The notes beneath the pieces were generated by a model. That model saw only the letters and a program-made list of their open reading frames with translations, had not been told where the DNA came from and ran no database searches. A DNA stretch of 64,000 bases from Eledone cirrhosa (taxonomy: Eukaryota), in NCBI GenBank assembly GCA_964016885.1, contig OZ024741.1, forward strand, positions 275,032,001-275,096,000, read 5' to 3'. Position 1 is the first letter of the stretch, and each line of letters opens with the position of its first letter. Of this stretch, positions 31,980 through 49,172 are shown piece after piece. The position numbers were made by a program, and so were the translations under genes.

Positions 31980-32266
31980 GTGTGTGTGTATGTAGAGAGA
32001 AAGAGAGACGTACGCATACACAAATATATGGACACACACGCATACATATACATACAAATATATATGTATGCATATATATATTAATTCATTTATATTGTAT
32101 AGAAATGACTTCTATTCAACAGTCCTAATTATTTCATACAGATGAAACAGTTCTAGTCCTGTAGAAGTCATTGCTATAATATAATTAAGAGGCCTATACT
32201 CTAGCAACGTATTGAGTACCTTTTTTTTTACAGTTGTTACCTCCAGGTATACATCAGGCATCTACC

Positions 32267-32370
<104 letters not shown>

Positions 32371-32383
32371 TTATATATATATT

Positions 32384-32414
<31 letters not shown>

Positions 32415-32415
32415 T

Positions 32416-32546
<131 letters not shown>

Positions 32547-32643
32547 TTGCAAGGTTTTTGATATGAAATCAACCAAACAGTGAGTGTGTTCTGTTATTAA
32601 TTCTGGCAATATTATTACAACTATATGACCCTTCCCAATGATG

Positions 32644-32688
<45 letters not shown>

Positions 32689-32761
32689 TATATATATATG
32701 TATATATATGTATGTATATGTATATATATATATATATTGTATATATATATGTATATATATG

Positions 32762-32872
<111 letters not shown>

Positions 32873-32926
32873 GTATATGTATATATATATGTATATATAT
32901 GTATATGTATATATATATGTATATAT

Positions 32927-32960
<34 letters not shown>

Positions 32961-33447
32961 ATATGTATATGTATATATATATATATGTATATATATATGT
33001 ATATATATATGTATATATATATATATGTATGTATATGTATATATTAGTATATATATATATATGTATGTATATATATATATATATATGTATATATATGTAT
33101 ATATGTATGTATATATATATATGTATATATGTATGTATATATGTATGTATATATATATATGTATATATGTATGTATATATATATATGTATATATATATGT
33201 ATATATATATGTATATATATATGTATATGTATATGTATATGTATATATATATGTATATATATATATGTATATATAATATGTATATATATATATGTATATA
33301 TATATGTATGTATGTATATATATATATGTATATATGTATATACATATATGTATATATATATATGTATATATATATATATGTATATATGTATGTATATATA
33401 TATGTATATATATGTATATGTACATATATATGTGTGTGTGTATATGT

Positions 33448-33483
<36 letters not shown>

Positions 33484-33619
33484 ATGTATATATATATACA
33501 TTAGAGAAAAAGAGAGGAGCACGCAGACATACACATATATATACAGGGTGTCCCCCAAAAATGTATACACAATTCTATAGCATTCTAATAAATATGTGTA
33601 TACAATTTTGGAGACATCC

Positions 33620-33650
<31 letters not shown>

Positions 33651-33793
33651 TGAGAGTGAGAGAGAGAGAGAGAGAGAGAGTGAGAGAGAGAGAGAGAGCA
33701 TCCAAACACGCACACACATGTATATATATACACACACATAGAGAGAGAAAAATAGGCATATATACACATACACTGACAGACGGACTGACAGAC

Positions 33794-33860
33794 ATATCGA
33801 TAGGCCTCCGTCAGTTTCGACGGTGAGTGTCGCAGTTGTTCGATCAACGGACTCAACAGC
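33794..33860 (-). CDS. Putative internal exon [22 protein letters not shown]
   Basis: Good acceptor; phase 2 start matches exon 49137-49172. The two copies differ by one synonymous and one Q/E change in this frame. Confidence 0.45.
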
Positions 33861-33958
33861 CTGCACATGAAATAACAATGTAAGTAGGTGAGTGGGTGCT
33901 CCACAGACACGTGTACCCAAAACGTAATTCTCATAGATATTCAGCGTGTATATATATG

Positions 33959-34005
<47 letters not shown>

Positions 34006-34022
34006 CTATATATATATATATT

Positions 34023-34053
<31 letters not shown>

Positions 34054-34074
34054 ATATATATATGTATATATATA

Positions 34075-34165
<91 letters not shown>

Positions 34166-34205
34166 GTATATATATATGTATATGTATATATATATATATG
34201 TATAT

Positions 34206-34239
<34 letters not shown>

Positions 34240-34242
34240 ATG

Positions 34243-34289
<47 letters not shown>

Positions 34290-34328
34290 GTATATATATA
34301 TATGTATATAAATGTATATATATATATG

Positions 34329-34377
<49 letters not shown>

Positions 34378-34378
34378 G

Positions 34379-34429
<51 letters not shown>

Positions 34430-34561
34430 GTATATATATATATGTATATATATATATGTATATATATATATGTATATATATATATATGTATATATATACT
34501 ATATGTATATATATATATGTATATATATATATGTATATATATATATGTATATATATATATG

Positions 34562-34614
<53 letters not shown>

Positions 34615-34713
34615 GTATATATATGTATATATATATATGTATATATATATGTATATATATGTATATATATATATGTACATATATATATGTACATATATAT
34701 ATGTATATATATG

Positions 34714-34766
<53 letters not shown>

Positions 34767-34809
34767 GTATATATATATATGTATATATATATATGTATAT
34801 ATATATATG

Positions 34810-34840
<31 letters not shown>

Positions 34841-35037
34841 GTATATATGTATATATATGTATATGTATATATATATATATGTATATATATATATGTATAT
34901 ATATATATGTATATATATATATGTATATATATTTATATGTATATATATATTATGTAACTCATTCTTCTTACCCCAAGCGTGAAATTAATACACTTCATGT
35001 TATTGCATCCTCTAGTTTGTTCGTTTCCAGTTTCATT

Positions 35038-35109
<72 letters not shown>

Positions 35110-35613
35110 TATGATAGGGGTATATATACTGAGATATATAGATATATATACGTGTGTGTGTATATACATACATAAGCTTGTGTGTCTATGGATAAGATGT
35201 TACTAATTAAGATCATTATTCAACCTGAATATATATATATATATGTGTATATATATATAGAGGGTGTCCCACAAAAATATATACACACTTTTATTAAAAT
35301 GGTGTTGAAATGTGTATACATTTTGGGAGGACACTCTGTATATATAAACTTAGATAATATATTTATAATAGTTTATAACTTAGATAATGTATACATATAA
35401 ACATATATAATGTATATATATAAACAGATATATATATATATATATGTGTGTGGGTGTGTGTGTGTGTTTGTGTGTCTGTGTGTGCATCCGTATGTGGTTG
35501 ACGGCTGAGAGAAATGAGTAGAAATCAACACCAAAATAGAGTTTTAATATTCTTTTTATTAAGGCCAAATATTGAGTCTTGTTACTCTGGAGTTTAACCT
35601 GTTTATTACAGGA

Positions 35614-35664
<51 letters not shown>

Positions 35665-36021
35665 TATAACGGCAATGAATTAGTTTTGCGAGGTTTTTGA
35701 TATGAAATCGTGTGTCGAAACAAATATTGTTATACTAAATAAAGATGAAAATACGATGCAACGGGAGGAAACAATAGCACCACTGACGATGTTGTAGATG
35801 TGCAACGAAAGAACTTTGATAAACTATATATATGTGTTTGTGTCTATATTGTATCTGTATTATTTTTGACCGTTGGTCAGTCAATGGCAACATTGAGGAC
35901 CGAATAAATTAGATTACCGATATAAAAGACACAGAAGCGAAAAGCGGAAACCAACCAAGCAGTGAGTGTCTTCTGTTTTTAATTTTGGCAATATTACACA
36001 AATATGACCCTCCCTAAGTAT

Positions 36022-36079
<58 letters not shown>

Positions 36080-36530
36080 AATGGCTTCTACAGGACTAGA
36101 ACTGTTTCATTCGGGAGAAATCATATATATATATATATATATATATATACACGCACACATACATATTTATATATGCATGCATGTCTGTATTAAATTATAC
36201 ATTTATAGGTGAAATATAACGAGTAAAGGGACAGTACCGCCCCTAGGGTTCGAACCATGAATTTGTTGTATACTGAACATTCACAGTTTATGTATATCAT
36301 TAAAGATGTCAGGCTGTGTATTAATATACATATCTATGTGCCCCAGCATGGCCTCAGCCGGATGGCTGAAACAGGTAAAAGAATATATATATTAAAGCGT
36401 AGAAATATCCGAGACCCCCGGCAGACAACTGATGAGGAAAACTCCCCCTCCATTCCTGCTTTCTTCTTATTCTTATTCTTATTTTTAAGCCTACCTTAAC
36501 TAGCAAATACACAGTCAATCCTATTCTCCA

Positions 36531-36574
<44 letters not shown>

Positions 36575-37491
36575 TTATTAAAATAACAGATTAAAGTTTA
36601 AGCAAAGAATCGCTGCTTTCACCCTTAACGGGATCTTCTGAAACTAAAAAAATCAATCTGTGAACGCAGAAGTAAATATTTCGAAAAACGTTGCAACCGA
36701 AGGAAAACAGGAAGGCGATACTTTGGTTCGTCAGGAGTTTTAGGTATGTTTACCTGCTTGGTACGGGTATGTTCTTTGTAGAAATATTCAGATGTTGTTT
36801 CTGCATGATGAATATAAGTCAATAGAGTGCTCAACCGGGGGAGCCAAATAGTAATAATAATAAATTTGAAGACTGAAATCCAAAGAGGGATCGATAAGGA
36901 TAAATATATATCAAATATATAAGAACCATAGAGCAAATATTTATTAAAATAACAGATTAAAGTCTAAGCAAAGAATCGCTGTTAAGGGTGAAAGCAGCGA
37001 TTCTTTGCTTAAACTTTAATCTGTTATTTTAATAAATATTTGCTCTACGGTTCTTATATATTTGATATATATTTATCCTTATCGTGCCCTCTTTGGATTT
37101 TAGTCTTCAAACTTATTATTATTACTATATATATATATTCTTCTTTTACTTGTCAGTACAGTGTGACCATAAAGGGTCATCGCCTTATTATTTTAGTCGA
37201 TCGTATCGACACCAATACTTAATTTTTTCCAAGTCTGTGACTTTTATCGATTTCAAACCACTGCCAAAAGTACTTTTTCAATTCTGCGAAAGCAGAAGGG
37301 TATCCCATACCGTAGAAATAATTTCGGATTGTTTTTATTTTGCAAAAGAACTGACCCTTTTTTATGTTACAAAGAAGGAACCCAGGATCCAAAAAAGCCC
37401 ACAAAAACAAATTCGGACATTTTTTTTTTCTTCGTACGAATGTTCTTGTCTGTGGAAGTTCGTTAGTTGGATGTTCCTAAGGTGGGAATTA

Positions 37492-37547
<56 letters not shown>

Positions 37548-37800
37548 ACTACCTTGATTACATCTTAACCATTTAACATCTCAGGGTATGTCATGTATCA
37601 TTATATTTTGTCTGATGAGGACGTACTGTTGTACATCCGAAATATGTATAATAAAATGTAATTGATCAAAAGAACATCTATTTTATTAATACTTATATTT
37701 TAATATTAATAACTCCAGAAAATTATTTTACCGTTGAGTGCTTCCAATCTACTGTAAAACTCATTCTTTGACATAATCATTGAATATTGTTTAACACTTT

Positions 37801-37928
<128 letters not shown>

Positions 37929-38388
37929 ATAATTCTGTATAAATTAGTTGTATTATTTTATGTATTTTCCTTTCTGATACAAATCTAAGGTTTTGGCCCC
38001 AAAATTCAATCAGCTCCCACCCCACCCTCTCAGTATTCCCATCGGCCTCCAGGGAGTCGATATCGACTATTTTGAGTATCCCTGATTTATAACGTACCAT
38101 TTCAGATGCATTCAGAGAGTTGGAAATTTCAATACAATTGTTAAACCTATCTCTCACATTCCCTTCGTTCGATTATTTATGTAGCTTATCGAGTAAGTCA
38201 CATGTTTTATGAATAAATGTTTTGTCTATAACATGCTACAATTAACATGCTACAAATGTAGATTGTTCTAGACCATAAGGGTAGATCAACAGTTCCAAAC
38301 CTAGTGTGCGTGGACACCGGGGCACCATAAAGATAGTACTGAGGTCTGTGAGCTAAATTCAAACTTTCAAGTACATTTTTTTAATCAT

Positions 38389-38602
38389 AATTGTTTCTAC
38401 TTTAGGCACAAGGCCATCAAGAGAAGAGGAAAGTCGATTGAATCCACCTCAGTGCATTACTGGTACTTTATTCCATTGAACCAGTAAGGATGAAAGGCAA
38501 ATCTAACCTCGGCGGTATTTGAACTCAGAATGTAAAGAGTCGTAACTCTATGCTGCGAAGCATGTTGTCCGGCGCTCTACCGATACTACCGATCCACCGC
38601 CC
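38389..38602 (-). mobile_element. Diverged tRNA-derived SINE
   Basis: Reverse complement of the SINE consensus. Confidence 0.8.
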
Positions 38603-38606
38603 TAAT

Positions 38607-39025
38607 AATTATAATATGTACAGTAAAGAGTTGTTTTCAGAGACATATCCGGGTTTAGGGGGTTTCTTTACCCGAGATTTCTTGAAGAAATTTGTCCAGG
38701 AAACTGGACAAATATCATAGGATCTGTTTCTGTCTTGATGTATGATTTTAAATAGAGCGGGGCAAGTTAAGGCGGAGTAGTTGTCTCGTATCGTTGCTAT
38801 GAGATGCGAGTTTGATACGTTTAGTGGACGGATAGCACAAGGACCAAGCCTTGGGGAGATTTTAATGGTGATGCCAACATCATTTGGGCAATATTGATGG
38901 AATATTTCCCATATCATACAGATATTGTAGCGCTCACGGCGGCGTTAGAGAATAAAGTTTGAGTTTTTCTAGACAATCTCAATAGTCAAGGCCTGCCATA
39001 CCTTCTATCTTTTGTATGAATCATA
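38607..39025 (-). mobile_element. CR1/L2-group LINE 3' remnant (RT C-terminus)
   Basis: Minus strand: KIEGMAGLDY*DCLEKLKLYSL/RRRERYNICMIWEIF..CPND, resembling the conserved LxLYSLxRRRER motif; contains a stop and a frameshift. Confidence 0.75.
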
Positions 39026-39607
39026 GTATGCACGCGCTATTAACTCTTAATGTCCTGTACCACATGAAAACACATTAAAAAGACATGCTTGAAAGGTACA
39101 AAATAGCACTATGTCTGCATTATATCAGAAATAAAAGTCTTTACGTTAGTTTACTGCCAATTTTCTCACTCTCGCTACTAATAAAGATACTACAACATTT
39201 AAATTAATAAAGCCAGTTTTAGATATATTTTTTTCTAAACAATTACAGAAGGACGTTGATAGTTAATTATATTTTCATCTCTCGGTAAAAATTGTTGTTT
39301 CTTTTGTTTGTCTGAGAGGGGAGTAATTGGATCAGGGAGGTAAGTGGGATAAAACATTTAAATAATTGTTCCTACTTTTGGCACAAGGCTAGCAATTATC
39401 CCATTAAATAATTGAGGTCCTTGGTGGTGGAAATGTTGAGGACTACAGCTATAAGTGCATGTATGTCTGCATGTACATCATATTTAGATATAAACATTCT
39501 TTTTCGTTTTCCAACAAACATCAAACTGGTAAGACTTTATGTAGATTCTTCTCTGTGCTTGTCATCTTTTTTAGTCTGGTACTATATATATATTATATAT
39601 ATATATT

Positions 39608-39639
<32 letters not shown>

Positions 39640-39803
39640 TATATGTATGTATGTATGTATTTATGGGAGAGATGACCCCTTAGCCTTTGTCAAGGCAGAA
39701 TTCTAGGAGAAGGAAAATTCTGATATAACACCTGCAACCCTGATGGTATCCAATGATGTTGACTTGGTAGAGCTTATATTCAACACTATATTTTTGTTTA
39801 TAA

Positions 39804-39850
39804 CGCTCTGATGATTCCTACCGCACGGTATGGATGAAACATTGTCAGCG
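39804..39850 (+). ncRNA. Minimal type I hammerhead ribozyme (element 39765-39910)
   Basis: CGCT-CTGATGA-T-TCCTACC-gcac-GGTAtGGA-T-GAAA-CATTG-TC|AGCG-AATAAA. Confidence 0.8.
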
Positions 39851-39909
39851 AATAAAAATTGTTTGAGTATATAGGCGTTCTTTGATTTCTTTTATCTATA
39901 TATATGTAG

Positions 39910-39974
<65 letters not shown>

Positions 39975-39985
39975 TGTATATATTA

Positions 39986-40024
<39 letters not shown>

Positions 40025-40059
40025 TTATATATATATATTATATTTATATATATATATTA

Positions 40060-40098
<39 letters not shown>

Positions 40099-40113
40099 TT
40101 ATATATGTATATA

Positions 40114-40149
<36 letters not shown>

Positions 40150-40166
40150 TTTTATATATGTATATA

Positions 40167-40202
<36 letters not shown>

Positions 40203-40205
<3 letters not shown>

Positions 40206-40399
40206 CGAAGGAAATGTGGTAAGGAACCAGGTGGACCATAACGCACCAAAGTACTCAATACTTGAGGTAGTAGAGTGGATAATAGGAACCAGTAAGACCC
40301 CGACAGCTGAGCTCAAGCCGTTTCGACGGCTAATTCTGGACTTAGAATTAGCCGTCGAAACGGCTTGGGCTCAGCTGTCGGGGTCTTACTGGTTCCTAT
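40203..40399 (-). mobile_element. Family G fold-back mini-element, 56-bp-arm hairpin
   Basis: 40282-40337 pairs with 40344-40399 with one substitution. Each arm has GAAA-CGGCT..AGCTG-TC (helix III plus GUC site). TTGAGTAC lies in the unpaired tail. Confidence 0.8.
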
Positions 40400-40721
40400 A
40401 TATATATATATATATATATATTATATTTTTATATATATATATAAATATTATATTTATATATATATATATTATATTTTTATATATATATATATTATATTTT
40501 TATATATATATATAAATATTATATTTATATATATATATATTATATTTATATATATATATATTATATTTTTATATATATATATAAATATTATATTTATATA
40601 TATATATATTATATTTATATATATATATATATTATATTTATATATATATATATATATATTATATTTATATATATATATATATATATTATATTTATATATA
40701 TATATATTATATTTATATATA

Positions 40722-40772
<51 letters not shown>

Positions 40773-40773
<1 letters not shown>

Positions 40774-41196
40774 GATATTAAACAAATGGAAACTATATTT
40801 ATAAAACCATATTTATTTCATTATACATATTTCAGGGATACCATATTAAAAAATATGGCATGCCTTCTTCAGATAAAATACAATATATAAGCAGTTTTAT
40901 AAGTAAATTTGGTTTGGTAGTTTGACTACCAAACCAACTTTTTTAAATGGAAGTTGATCAATATTCTATGGTACGTCAAATTTACTTATAAAACTGCTTA
41001 TATATTGTATTTTATCTGAAGAAGGCATGCCATATTTTTAATATGGTATCCCTGAAATATGTATAATGAAATAAATATGGTTTTATAAATATAGTTTCCA
41101 TTTGTTTAATATCTACACCAAAACTTGTTGAGTGCTTTATATCAGTTATAAAATATTTACTCGTTGTAACCCAACAATTTAAAATAAAACTTTTGC
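40773..41196 (+). mobile_element. Family H element with ~137-bp inverted arms, each carrying a hammerhead
   Basis: 40775-40911 is inverted at 40977-41112. ATTTTAT-CTGAAGA-AGG..CCT-GAAA-TATGTA-TA|ATGAAAT at 41009-41072. The tail with TTGAGTGC is on the right arm only. Confidence 0.85.
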
Positions 41197-41415
41197 ATAT
41201 ATATATATATTATATTTATATATATATATATATTATATTTATATATATATATATATATATTATATTTATATATATATATATATATTATATTTATATATAT
41301 ATATATTATATATATATATATTATATTTATATATATATATATTATATTTATATATATTATATTTATATATATATATATTATATTTATATATATTATATTT
41401 ATATATATATATATT

Positions 41416-41454
<39 letters not shown>

Positions 41455-41638
41455 ATATATATATTATATTTATATATAAATATAATATATATATTTATAT
41501 ATATATATATATTATATTTATATATATATTATATTTATATATATATATATTATATTTATATATATATATATTATATTTATATATATATATATATATTATA
41601 TTTATATATATTATATTTATATATATATATATATATTA

Positions 41639-41679
<41 letters not shown>

Positions 41680-41737
41680 TACATATATATAGATAAAAGA
41701 AATCAAAGAACCCCTATATACTCAAACAATTTTTATT

Positions 41738-41784
41738 CGCTGACAATGTTTCATCCATACCGTTGGGTAGGAATCATCAGAGCG
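41738..41784 (-). ncRNA. Minimal type I hammerhead ribozyme (inverted twin of 39804-39850; element 41677-41824)
   Basis: Same structure as 39804; within the ribozyme only loop II differs (caac vs gcac). Confidence 0.8.
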
Positions 41785-41827
41785 TTATAAACAAAAATAT
41801 AGTGTTGATTATAAGCTCTACCATATA

Positions 41828-44414
<2,587 letters not shown>

Positions 44415-44801
44415 GAGAGAGAGACCGAGAGAGAGAGAGAGAGGCCGAGAGAGAGAGAGAGAGACCGAGAGAGAGAGAGAGATAACAGTGTTGTAGTTTG
44501 CTTGAAACATTGTGGAATAGGAAATACAAAAAAAATTAATTAGTTTAAAAGCCCTACAATACGTAGAAGATTAAAGGTGCCAAGGTAATCGGTGTTATAG
44601 AGGAAAGAATGAAGACGATAGAATGTTACCTTAGCTAATTTAATTAGCTCGGGTTTAAAAAGTCCATTATCAAGAGAGGATCCGAGTGTAGGTCTTCAAA
44701 AAACAATCGTAGAAGAGTTGTTGTTTGGCTGTACATGCAGACATACATTCACCTATATCTATAGTCTTCAACATTTTCACTACGAAAAACCTCTATTATT
44801 T

Positions 44802-44857
<56 letters not shown>

Positions 44858-44898
44858 AGGGTATGTCAATATTTATTTATAAAACTTATCTATATTAT

Positions 44899-44960
44899 AT
44901 TTTGTCTGATGAAAGCACACTTAATTTAACGTGGTGTCCTTGAAATATGTATAATGAAAT
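44899..44960 (+). ncRNA. Family H hammerhead (element 44855-45100)
   Basis: ATTTTGT-CTGATGA-AAG..CTT-GAAA-TATGTA-TA|ATGAAAT; TTGAGCGC at 45029. A tail-only relative is at 48500-48620. Confidence 0.7.
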
Positions 44961-45127
44961 AAATATGGTTTTATAAATATAGTTTCCATTTGTTATTGTT
45001 AATATCGCAATTTTACTCCAAATATTTGTTGAGCGCTTAATATCATTTATAAAAATATTTGCTTGTTGTATCCCAACAATTTAAATAGAACTTTTACATA
45101 TATAGTTATAATGAATCCTGCAAAGAA

Positions 45128-45198
<71 letters not shown>

Positions 45199-45331
45199 GT
45201 ATTTCCGTAGAAAGATTAAAGGAAGGGAGAGTGCTCTACATATGCTACAGAGCTATTTAATTAAGTAATAAATAAACAACACAAAACAATTATTCCATTT
45301 ACCAAAGGTTTCACGAAGACAGGTGAGCTCA

Positions 45332-45358
<27 letters not shown>

Positions 45359-45369
<11 letters not shown>

Positions 45370-46380
45370 GATCGAGTATCAAAAAATCGGCGCACGAGTT
45401 CACGATAAACGAGATTCGACATGAGCGGCAGAGGGCTCAATAATTCAGATGAATCAGAGCTATAACTATCGTTAAAATACCGTCACATATAGAACAAGTC
45501 TACAATCAACCATACGATTTAAAATCGATAAAGGAAGATTCGGGACAAACAGATAAAAAATATCAATAAAACAATACGTCAATAATTTAAATGAATGTAA
45601 AATCATACCCGGACCCACTAGACAGGTGTTAAATCTAGCTTCATGGGTTTCTGTAAATCCTTAGACTGTACTCTATCAGCTCACATATAAATATAAAAGC
45701 CTACTAGAGTAAGCGGAACGGAGTTTTACTTTCTCAACGAGCTTTTTTCCTGGCGGTAGAGGAGCCAACTACCAGTGAAAAACGCACATGGCATTAGACA
45801 AGGGAGATAACCCCTATATCCGCGAAAACAATTCGAGTGAATGTGGAAATACACATATCGAATTAGAGTGCTCAATAGACATGTTAAAATAAAACAAAAG
45901 CTATTCATCACTCAATAGAATCGACAAAAAATGAGCAATAAAATTAACTGGTGGATAGCTATGTCCAGAGCTAAATATATTAGAAAGATCGAGTATCGAA
46001 AAATCGGCGCACGAGTTCACGATAAACGAGATTCGACATGAGCGGCAGAGGGCTCAATAATTCAGATGAATCAGAGCTATAACTATCGTTAAAATACCGT
46101 CACATATAGAACAAGTCTACAATCAACCATACGATTTAAAATCGATAAAGGAAGATTCGGGACAAACAGATAAAAAATATCAATAAAACAATACGTCAAT
46201 AATTTAAATGAATGTAAAATCATACCCGGACCCACTAGACAGGTGTTAAATCTAGCTTCATGGGTTTCTGTAAATCCTTAGACTGTACTCTATCAGCTCA
46301 CATATAAATATAAAAGCCTACTAGAGTAAGCGGAACGGAGTTTTACTTTCTCAACGAGAAATGTATGCATAGTATATTGC

Positions 46381-46385
<5 letters not shown>
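45359..46385. mobile_element. TA-flanked non-coding element with ~383-bp direct repeats (617-bp period)
   Basis: 45359-45741 and 45976-46358 are identical by eye except for one base; GAGTGCTCAA lies in the spacer. Confidence 0.75.
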
Positions 46386-46437
<52 letters not shown>

Positions 46438-46441
<4 letters not shown>

Positions 46442-46686
46442 AGTGTAACTTGGAGTTACTACAGGTTCACCCGGGTGAGCACTCGATGTTTAGGTTCACT
46501 TCTGTGTTGAGGTGTAGAGCTATACAGAGTGTACTATGTTGAAAGGATAACAAGGACGATTGATTACTTCTTCATTGCATTTATTGGTAGGTGACGTGCG
46601 TTTCGCCACTGATCAGCTCAAGGTTCGATCTGTATCGATCCTACCCGACTCAATAATCGGCGGCTCGACGGACCCTATAAAATGCT
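46438..46686. mobile_element. TA-flanked insert with half-hammerhead
   Basis: Minus strand GCGAAACGCACGTC at ~46592-46606, similar to the 2382 motif; GTGAGCACTC at ~46475. Confidence 0.4.
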
Positions 46687-46690
46687 ATAT

Positions 46691-46747
<57 letters not shown>

Positions 46748-46780
46748 TACATACATATATATATTTACAGAGAGAGAGAA

Positions 46781-47033
46781 GAGATGATTCTACAGGACAA
46801 GAACTATTTCATTCATGTAGGAATAAGATCGTATGGAGAAATTTCTTAAAGAGACACGTCTAAATAATGAATCTGATCAACTTTATCTGACATTCCTGAC
46901 GATTGCATAGAAATTAAACTTTATATTCCTGTAGATGTCATTTTTCTATATAAAATAAATATGGTTATTTTTTACAAACGTATTGAGTACCTTTTTTTAA
47001 ACAGTTTTTCCCGATCCCCTTCGGATGATCTAC
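46781..47033 (+). mobile_element. Old family D element with inverted arm
   Basis: TTCTACAGGACAAGAACTATTTCATTC (minus arm), ATTCCTGACGATT..CCTGTAGA (plus arm), and CGTATTGAGTACC tail. Confidence 0.55.
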
Positions 47034-47041
47034 ACACACAC

Positions 47042-47072
<31 letters not shown>

Positions 47073-47103
47073 TATATATATATTTATATATATATATTTT
47101 TTT

Positions 47104-47191
<88 letters not shown>

Positions 47192-47352
47192 TTATATATA
47201 CATATATTTATATATATATATATATTTATATATATATTTATATATACATATATTTATATATATATATATATTTATATATATATTTATATTTATATATATA
47301 TATATATTTATATATATATTTATATATATATATATTTATATATATATATATT

Positions 47353-47431
<79 letters not shown>

Positions 47432-47778
47432 ATATATATTTATGTTCTGTCCTACGCCATCCGGTTGTGGAATCAACCAACCAACTGGAAATTTATAAAT
47501 TTTTAAATTTATAATTTAATTTATAATAAATTGGAGTGCGTGGGTTTCTTATTTGCAACATGACCCTCCCAAAGTATAACAATATATATATATATATATA
47601 TATAGTTATAGTTATAGTTATACATGAGGAGGTTCATATTGTTGTAATATTGCCAGAAATAACAACAGAACACACTCACTGTTTCGTTGCTTTTCGCTTC
47701 TGTATCTTTTATATCTCCATAGTTAATTTATTTGGCAATCAAAGTTTATCATTGATTGACCAACGGTTAAAAGTACAG

Positions 47779-47835
<57 letters not shown>

Positions 47836-48203
47836 AACTTTAATTATATCTCATATAAAATAATACAACTGGCTTTCCACAAAATACATATAGTTAGCAC
47901 CCAAACACTTAAATTGGGTTTATACTAACGTATAACCCAATGTTTGTTGAGTGAGATGGTTACCAGTCGGAGTTTAGCTTAAAGCTATCTCTGTTATTGT
48001 ATTAAATATATATATATATATAAATATAATCTGTTTTTAGAATCGTTCAGCGGGTATGAATTTCATTCAATATAACTTCATGTTAGAAGCTTCAACACAC
48101 GTTTTTGACTGTGAAAAATAGTTTAACAATTTGGATACATAAGCTTCTTGATTGGGTAGAAAATTAATATATATATATGTATATATATATATAATTTTAT
48201 CCG

Positions 48204-48258
<55 letters not shown>

Positions 48259-48259
48259 G

Positions 48260-48424
48260 GGTGGGTAAAATTCACGAGATCCATGGACGAGTTCTCTCCA
48301 GCGGTCTCTGTTCCTCATTATCGCTGCCATGTCCTGCGTCTCCAACAGACTAGTGTCTGTCCTTAGGGCATCAACATACGTTAACCTTGGTCTTCCTCTT
48401 CCAGTGTGTCTATGTAGGGGCTCC
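48260..48424 (-). mobile_element. RTE-clade LINE 3' fragment
   Basis: Minus strand: GRGRPRLTYVDALRTDT..QDMAAIMRNRDRWRELV, typical of the RTE ORF C-terminus. Confidence 0.75.
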
Positions 48425-48504
<80 letters not shown>

Positions 48505-48666
48505 TACCTTCTACTTTAATATCATTGAATATTTACTCCAGTAACTTGTTGAGTGCTCTAAATCAGTTATAAACATTTATATTTGTCGGACTTCCAACAA
48601 ATTAAATACGCCTTCTACTTATATATATATATATCTATATATATATACATATAAATATATATATAT

Positions 48667-48762
48667 TTCTCATATGCGGTAGTGGTTAGGATTCCTGACT
48701 TTAACCCATGGGAATGCAATGCACCAGCATGACCGCAGCCTTTCGACTGGAACACGTAATGG
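48667..48762 (+). mobile_element. tRNA-Glu-like head joined to a SINE tail
   Basis: TCTCATATGCGGTAGTGGTTAGGATTCCTGACTTTAACCCA resembles the 5' half of tRNA-Glu; followed by CACCAGCATGACCGCAG..GACTGGAAC. Confidence 0.5.
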
Positions 48763-49136
48763 AGTAATATGTATCCAGGTTTGTTTTATTAACCTGTTGG
48801 TTTTTTTGTTGCTTCGGTGTCGTGGCTAGGCTTGCCTGCCACAGTTTTCAATTTGTCATGCCGTCTCACGAATGTTATTACTCTGAGACTCCTCATGGCG
48901 TGCTTGGCTGCACATTCCTCGTTGTATCTCGTTGGCTTGGCTACAGCCGAAGCTTCGATTTTACTAAATTTCCATTTATATATATATGTATGTGTATGTG
49001 TGTGTGTGTGTGTCTGTGTCTCTGTGTGTCTGTGTCTGTGTGTGTGTCTGTGTGTGTGGGTGTGTGTGTGTGTTTAATTGAGAAAATTTAAGGTACAATT
49101 CTTCACGCAGACTAACCATAAACCGATGATTCTCAC

Positions 49137-49172
49137 CTGAGATGAGTCTGGTGAGTAGAGGTAACTCCAGCT
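49137..49172 (-). CDS. Putative 36-nt exon (R)AGVTSTHQTHL(R)
   Basis: Acceptor tgtgtttgtattgatAG and donor CAG|GTGAGA; phase 2/2 fits both neighbouring exons. Confidence 0.5.

Noticed and set aside
48795-48945. Additional minus-strand exon
   Set aside because: The phase-2 frame needed to fit the exon chain hits a stop, and the splice signals are weak.
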